Below, piece after piece: positions 37,420-42,124 of a DNA stretch of 42,124 nucleotides. Under the pieces are notes generated by a model. That model worked only from the letters and a program-made list of their open reading frames with translations. It had not been told where the DNA came from and did not search any database. The position numbers were made by a program, and so were the translations under genes. Positions within the stretch are counted from its first letter, which is position 1; the number at the start of each line of letters is the position of its first letter. Location: the NCBI GenBank assembly GCA_037444485.1, contig JBBIMI010000006.1, positions 1-42,124 of the forward strand, in the 5' to 3' direction. The stretch comes from Candidatus Micrarchaeota archaeon. GTDB taxonomy: Archaea > Micrarchaeota > Micrarchaeia > Norongarragalinales > Norongarragalinaceae.

Positions 37420-39837
37420 GTGGATAAATCTTTTGCTTTCGCCGCGTCTTTCGTAGTGTTTGTTTCGCTTTTGCTGTTCGGGTGCGTGAACGTTCCAAAT
37501 CCGCAGGAGAACGCGGAGAAAATCACTGAAGGCATTTTCGGCGCGAAGGCGACGCCTGCCGCCGGCGGCTGGGAAACGTCTGCGTTGAAGAGCTTCAAGT
37601 CTTGGAACGAGTTGTATTACTTTCTTCAAGCAGGCCAGTCGAGCAGTTACGGTTATTACGGCGGAATCAGGGGGATGTCGATGCCCATGGCCGCAGTCTC
37701 GGAATCGGCTGCTGGAGTCGGCGAGGATTTCAAGGCGCGCGAGTACTCCACGACCAACGTGCAGGTCGAGGGCGTGGATGAGGCTGACGTCGTGAAGAAC
37801 GACGGAGAGTTTCTCTACGTGGTCGTGAAAAACAAGAAGATAGTTATTTTGAAGGCTTTCCCGCCGAGTGGGATGAAGATTGTTTCGGAAATACCTTTCG
37901 CTTCAGAGGCCGGGAGAACGCGCGTGAACGCGAACGTGAACGAGGTTTTCGTGAACGGCGACAAGCTGGTTGCGTTCGGAAGCGAGTATTACGAAGTTCC
38001 CATCCCGATTCCTTACGAAATCCACTCGATTTCTGAAAATGCTGGCGTAAGCCCGACGCCGAGTCCAACGAGCGAATTGTTTGTCGAGAAATCAATTCAT
38101 CCCGCAACCGGAGAAGCGGCTGTAGCGTGCATCGGTTGCGTTAGGCCGCCTCACCAGATTTACCAGACTGTGTTCCTCAAGGTTTACGACGTTTCCGACA
38201 AGCAGAATCCGAAGCTATTGAAGACGCTGAGCGTTCCGAGCGGCAACTACGTCGATTCGAGGATGATTGGAAGCAAGGTGTACGCGATTTTTTCGCAACC
38301 CGCTTATCCGGACGGCCCAGCGCCGTTGTTCGCTGAAGACGGCGTTGTTAAGAGCGTTAATGCGAGCGAAGTGGCTTACTTCGACGACGTGCTGCAGCCT
38401 CCCTTCCAATTCACTTCAATCCTGTCGGTTGACTTGAACGACTTGAACAACGCGGATTGGAAGACTGTCTTGATGGGCGGGGCGCAAAATGTTTTCGCGT
38501 CAAGCGAAAACCTTTACGTTACTTACACGAAGCATCCTTACTACAACCCTTGGTTTGAAGCGACTTGGCGCGTTGTTAGCCCTTACGCTTCAAGTGATTT
38601 GAAGCAGAAGACCGCGGCAGTAGACAAAATGAGTTTGCCTACTTGGGTTAAGGACGGCTTGAAGAACAACTTGGCTTCAAGCTTTTTAAGCGAATTGATG
38701 CAGAAGAATGCAGACTCCGCGCGTGCGCTGCAGGAAAAGCTGAACAACGAAATGCAGCGCGTTTCCGAGGAAGAGGCGTCGCGCGAAAGGACTGAACGCA
38801 CGGTCATACAAAAGTTTTCGCTCAAGAACAACGTGAAGTATGAGGGCGGCGCGAGCGTGAAGGGAAGCGTTTTAAACCAGTTTTCGATGGACGAGTACAA
38901 CGGTTTTTTCAGAATCGCCACCACCACCGAAGCGGTTTGGGGAAGGCAACCCGTAATGCCGGTGTTCGGAGGCCAAGAGCAGAAGCCGGTCAAGCCGCAG
39001 TTGAACCACGTTTACGTGCTTGACTCGAAGCTCAAGCAAGTAGGCAAGCTCGAAGACATCGCGCCGAACGAGAGGATTTACTCGGCGCGCTTCATCGGCG
39101 ACCGCGCTTACCTCGTGACTTTCAAAAAGACGGACCCGCTTTTCGTAATCAACCTCGCGGACCCGACGAATCCGGAGATTCTCGGCAAACTCAAGATTCC
39201 AGGTTACTCGGACTACTTGCATCCTTACGATGCGACGCACTTGATTGGAATCGGCAAGTCCGCAGTAGAAGCGAAAGAGTTTGGCGGCGAGTTCGCTTGG
39301 TACCAAGGCGTGAAACTGAGTTTGTTCGACGTTAGTGATGTGGAACACCCGAAGGAAGTTGCAAAGTACGAAATCGGCGACCGCGGCAGTGATTCGAACG
39401 CGTTGCACGACCACAAGGCGTTTCTGTTCGACAAAAACAAGAACTTGCTCGTCATTCCCGTTCTGCTTGCAAAAATCGATGAAAGCAAGTATCCGGAAGG
39501 CGTTCCAGACAACGCGTACGGCGATTTCGTGTTTCAAGGCGCTTACGTTTTTACGGTAACGCCTGAAAACGGCTTCGTCTTGCGCGGAACGGTGACGCAC
39601 GCCACCGACCAAGATGTTTTGAAGAGCGGGTACTACTGGTTCAGTGACTCTAGCGTCAAACGCGCTGCATTCATTGAAAACGCGTTGTACACTATTTCAT
39701 ACAACTTCGTGAAGGCGAACGACTTGAACACGCTGCAGTTGTTGAATTACGTGCAACTCGACACTGAAGAACCACTGTTCCCGCCAGTCCTAGAGACGGC
39801 GGCAACCATCCAACCGCCCATGGCGCCTGCAGGTTGA
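37420..39837 (+). CDS. Secreted/lipoprotein beta-propeller domain protein (Beta_propel family)
   Basis: LLLFGC lipobox-like signal, YSTTNVQVEGVDEADVVKNDG, LNQFSMDEY, LKIPGYSDYLHP. Confidence 0.9.
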   Translation: MDKSFAFAASFVVFVSLLLFGCVNVPNPQENAEKITEGIFGAKATPAAGGWETSALKSFKSWNELYYFLQAGQSSSYGYYGGIRGMSMPMAAVSESAAGVGEDFKAREYSTTNVQVEGVDEADVVKNDGEFLYVVVKNKKIVILKAFPPSGMKIVSEIPFASEAGRTRVNANVNEVFVNGDKLVAFGSEYYEVPIPIPYEIHSISENAGVSPTPSPTSELFVEKSIHPATGEAAVACIGCVRPPHQIYQTVFLKVYDVSDKQNPKLLKTLSVPSGNYVDSRMIGSKVYAIFSQPAYPDGPAPLFAEDGVVKSVNASEVAYFDDVLQPPFQFTSILSVDLNDLNNADWKTVLMGGAQNVFASSENLYVTYTKHPYYNPWFEATWRVVSPYASSDLKQKTAAVDKMSLPTWVKDGLKNNLASSFLSELMQKNADSARALQEKLNNEMQRVSEEEASRERTERTVIQKFSLKNNVKYEGGASVKGSVLNQFSMDEYNGFFRIATTTEAVWGRQPVMPVFGGQEQKPVKPQLNHVYVLDSKLKQVGKLEDIAPNERIYSARFIGDRAYLVTFKKTDPLFVINLADPTNPEILGKLKIPGYSDYLHPYDATHLIGIGKSAVEAKEFGGEFAWYQGVKLSLFDVSDVEHPKEVAKYEIGDRGSDSNALHDHKAFLFDKNKNLLVIPVLLAKIDESKYPEGVPDNAYGDFVFQGAYVFTVTPENGFVLRGTVTHATDQDVLKSGYYWFSDSSVKRAAFIENALYTISYNFVKANDLNTLQLLNYVQLDTEEPLFPPVLETAATIQPPMAPAG

Positions 39838-39926
39838 CTGCCGGCGGCTAAAGACCACTGGACGCGGTTGCGGTGGTTGACGGTTACGCGCGATTTTTAA
39901 AAGCTTGAACGCGCATAATTCTTTTT

Positions 39927-41726
39927 ATGGCACTCGAACTTACTCCAATAGATAAAGATTTGATTTTCAACCACTTGCCAGTGCAGCTCGAGCCGAACCT
40001 CTGCAGCGGCTTGGAAAGCTCGAGAACGCCTGGAGAAAAAACCGTTTTTGAAGAACTTGAAGAAAAACAGGCGGGAGAAGAAAATCCTGAAAAAAAAGTT
40101 CGACTGGAAAAACTGCTTGAAGAATGCAGAAAGTGGGCTGAAAAGGTTGAAAAAGAAGATAGCCACGGCCAACGCGTTGAAGTCGCGCGCATGCTTCACG
40201 GCGTTCTTGAAAAAAACCTCGGCGGGAGCTTGTGGGGAGTAGCAGAAAAGCGCGATGCTTTCAAGCGCTTGGAAACGCTTTACACGATTGCGAGCTTGCC
40301 TAAAGAAATTCAGTTTAATGAATCCAAAGTAAAGAAAATAATGGCTTCTGACGAGCACGAGAAGCTTCTGCGCGATAGCCTCTCAGAGATTTTAAAGAGC
40401 ATAATTCCTTTAGAGAAAGAGATTAAAGAAGAAAAAGCGTTGAAAAACATGGAGTACTTGAGCAACTTGTTCAAGTACCACGCGGGCTACAAGAACAACC
40501 GCAACCACCTGGAATTGTTTCAAGCGATTCACAAGGCGTTTCTTGAAGATGGAGTGGAGGGAGTCAAGAAACTCAAGTACCACAACGAAGAGTTTAAAGA
40601 CGTGCTAGACGAGGAAACTAAAAAATTCGCTGAAGAACTCGACGAACGCTTGGGTGAAGTGACTGCAGGCGGCGCGAGCAGCGGAAAGTTTGACTTGTAC
40701 GAAGTGTTCAAAGGAAAACTGGGAGACTTCCAGCAACACGCGGAGCAGGAAAAGCTAGACGAAGCGCTTAAAGACGCGCTTAAAAAAGCGGAAAGCGACG
40801 TGCAGACGATTGCCAACAATTTAAAGGGAGCACTTAATGAGTCCGGCGACGCCACGTTGAGCGAGTTGAGCGGGCTGGTTGAAAACCTCGTCGAAAAACG
40901 CGATTTCAACGGCTTGCGCAACGAAGCCGAGAAGCTGATGGGGAAAAAATTTGAGAAGGAAAAACTAGAGAAAACCAGGAATTTTGCAATCGGCAACTTG
41001 AACAGATTGGCGGACAAAATAGGGATTTTAGTAAACCAAGAGGAATTGAGCAAGGCGATCGCCGTAGGCAAGGAAATCGCTGCGGGATTCGCGAATCTGA
41101 AAGACATGCCGCTGGAAGATCAGTACAAAACGCTTTCAAACCTAGAACGCAAATTCGGGCGCGAGAATCTGGAAAAGCACGAGAAGAGGCTCGCGAGTCT
41201 TGGCAAAGCGAATTTCATGGACTTGCGTTACTTCGTCAAGCAAGTGCTTGAACCACCGCAGAAGCCAAGCGGCGAGACGGTTAAAGCCAGAATAGTTCAC
41301 GACGCGAGCTTGCTTTTCACTTTGGGGAAATTCGAGAACAACTGCCAGTCTCCAGGCGTGCAGCAATCACAATCGCTCTTGGGCTTTACCGCCCACCCGA
41401 GCGAGTTGACGATAGGCTTTTTCGACGAGGACGGCGAGTTCATCGGCTTTTCGTTCGCCCACTTTCTCAAGCACGGCGAGGGGCACGCGCTCGCGATAGA
41501 AAGACCTTACTCGAACCACGGCAACCTAAAGCCGGTGATGAATAAGCTGCTGGAGGAAATCGCAAAAAAAATCGATGTTTTGGCGAGCGAAAAGCGTTTG
41601 GAGTTGAAGGCGTTTCTAAGCAAAAATAAACCAAGCGGCTTGGATTTGAAGGTGCTTGCGTCGCCGTTCGTGAGCAAGTGGTACGATGTCAAAGGCGGCG
41701 AGGTCCACGGCGGGGAAAAAATCTAA
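39927..41726 (+). CDS. Hypothetical protein, helical Lys/Glu-rich with a C-terminal alpha/beta domain
   Basis: 599-aa ORF; C-terminal NCQSPG..SLLGF..FFDEDGEFIG segment. Confidence 0.8.
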   Translation: MALELTPIDKDLIFNHLPVQLEPNLCSGLESSRTPGEKTVFEELEEKQAGEENPEKKVRLEKLLEECRKWAEKVEKEDSHGQRVEVARMLHGVLEKNLGGSLWGVAEKRDAFKRLETLYTIASLPKEIQFNESKVKKIMASDEHEKLLRDSLSEILKSIIPLEKEIKEEKALKNMEYLSNLFKYHAGYKNNRNHLELFQAIHKAFLEDGVEGVKKLKYHNEEFKDVLDEETKKFAEELDERLGEVTAGGASSGKFDLYEVFKGKLGDFQQHAEQEKLDEALKDALKKAESDVQTIANNLKGALNESGDATLSELSGLVENLVEKRDFNGLRNEAEKLMGKKFEKEKLEKTRNFAIGNLNRLADKIGILVNQEELSKAIAVGKEIAAGFANLKDMPLEDQYKTLSNLERKFGRENLEKHEKRLASLGKANFMDLRYFVKQVLEPPQKPSGETVKARIVHDASLLFTLGKFENNCQSPGVQQSQSLLGFTAHPSELTIGFFDEDGEFIGFSFAHFLKHGEGHALAIERPYSNHGNLKPVMNKLLEEIAKKIDVLASEKRLELKAFLSKNKPSGLDLKVLASPFVSKWYDVKGGEVHGGEKI

Positions 41727-42124
41727 TGCCGTTAACGCAAGAAGCGCTTGAAGAACTGAACAAAATCAATTCCAGCCTTCACAACGCTATTGTGGAACAC
41801 GGGTTGGAAGACAACGCGCCGCTAGTCTTGAAAATAATTAAAGAGAACGCTGAACACGGACACAACACCGACAACCTCGCGAATACGCTGCGCGACGGCT
41901 TGGAGTCGAAAGCGTTCACGAACGAAAACCTGCCGCAAATACTACCCGTCCTCTTGAAACACGCTGAACACGGACACAACACCTACCTCCTCGCGGAGAC
42001 GCTGCGCGACGGCTTGAACTCGAAAGCGTTCACGAACGAAAACCTGCCGCAAGTAACGAGTTTGCTTAAAAAATGCATTACAGAACTTGAGAAAAAAGCG
42101 GACGTAACGCCCCTCGCAGCAGCG
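41726..42124 (+). CDS. Hypothetical repeat protein (partial, runs off the window)
   Basis: ATG overlaps the previous stop (TAATG); MPLTQEALEELNK... has no stop up to the window end. Confidence 0.8.
   Translation, partial: MPLTQEALEELNKINSSLHNAIVEHGLEDNAPLVLKIIKENAEHGHNTDNLANTLRDGLESKAFTNENLPQILPVLLKHAEHGHNTYLLAETLRDGLNSKAFTNENLPQVTSLLKKCITELEKKADVTPLAAA
41847..42052 (+). repeat. 114-bp (38-aa) intragenic tandem repeat, 2 copies
   Basis: ACGCTGAACACGGACACAACACC at 41847 and 41961; AEHGHNT..LA.TLRDGL.SKAFTNENLPQ twice. Confidence 0.92.

Overview
Archaeal chromosomal segment, most likely DPANN (Micrarchaeota-like); this is inferred from the split Rpo2, fused Rpo1 and gene content, not from a database search. 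It is mostly housekeeping: tRNA-Ser(CGA), KH protein-top6B (525-aa LAGLIDADG intein)-top6A, rpoH-B''-B'-A (fused), MBL hydrolase, apt, archease, NAC, ZIP transporter, intron-containing tRNA-His next to hisS, ileS, and a minus-strand rps8e-gar1-tfb cluster, then pepA, a Gfo/Idh/MocA oxidoreductase, a CPA2 antiporter and a beta-propeller lipoprotein. Lys/Glu-rich orphan ORFs are scattered between these. Most notable: (1) a gene directly downstream of tfb whose product matches the plant-type Whirly ssDNA-binding domain motif by motif; (2) a ~210-bp structured IS200/IS605-like non-autonomous element after ileS, with a 50-bp internally deleted copy after hisS; (3) a fused Rpo1 lacking the foot region and carrying a proline at a normally invariant bridge-helix Thr; (4) an mTERF-like repeat protein with a duplicated promoter/5' remnant; (5) pervasive short tandem duplications in spacers and inside protein loops. 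No CRISPR array, transposase or integrase was seen.
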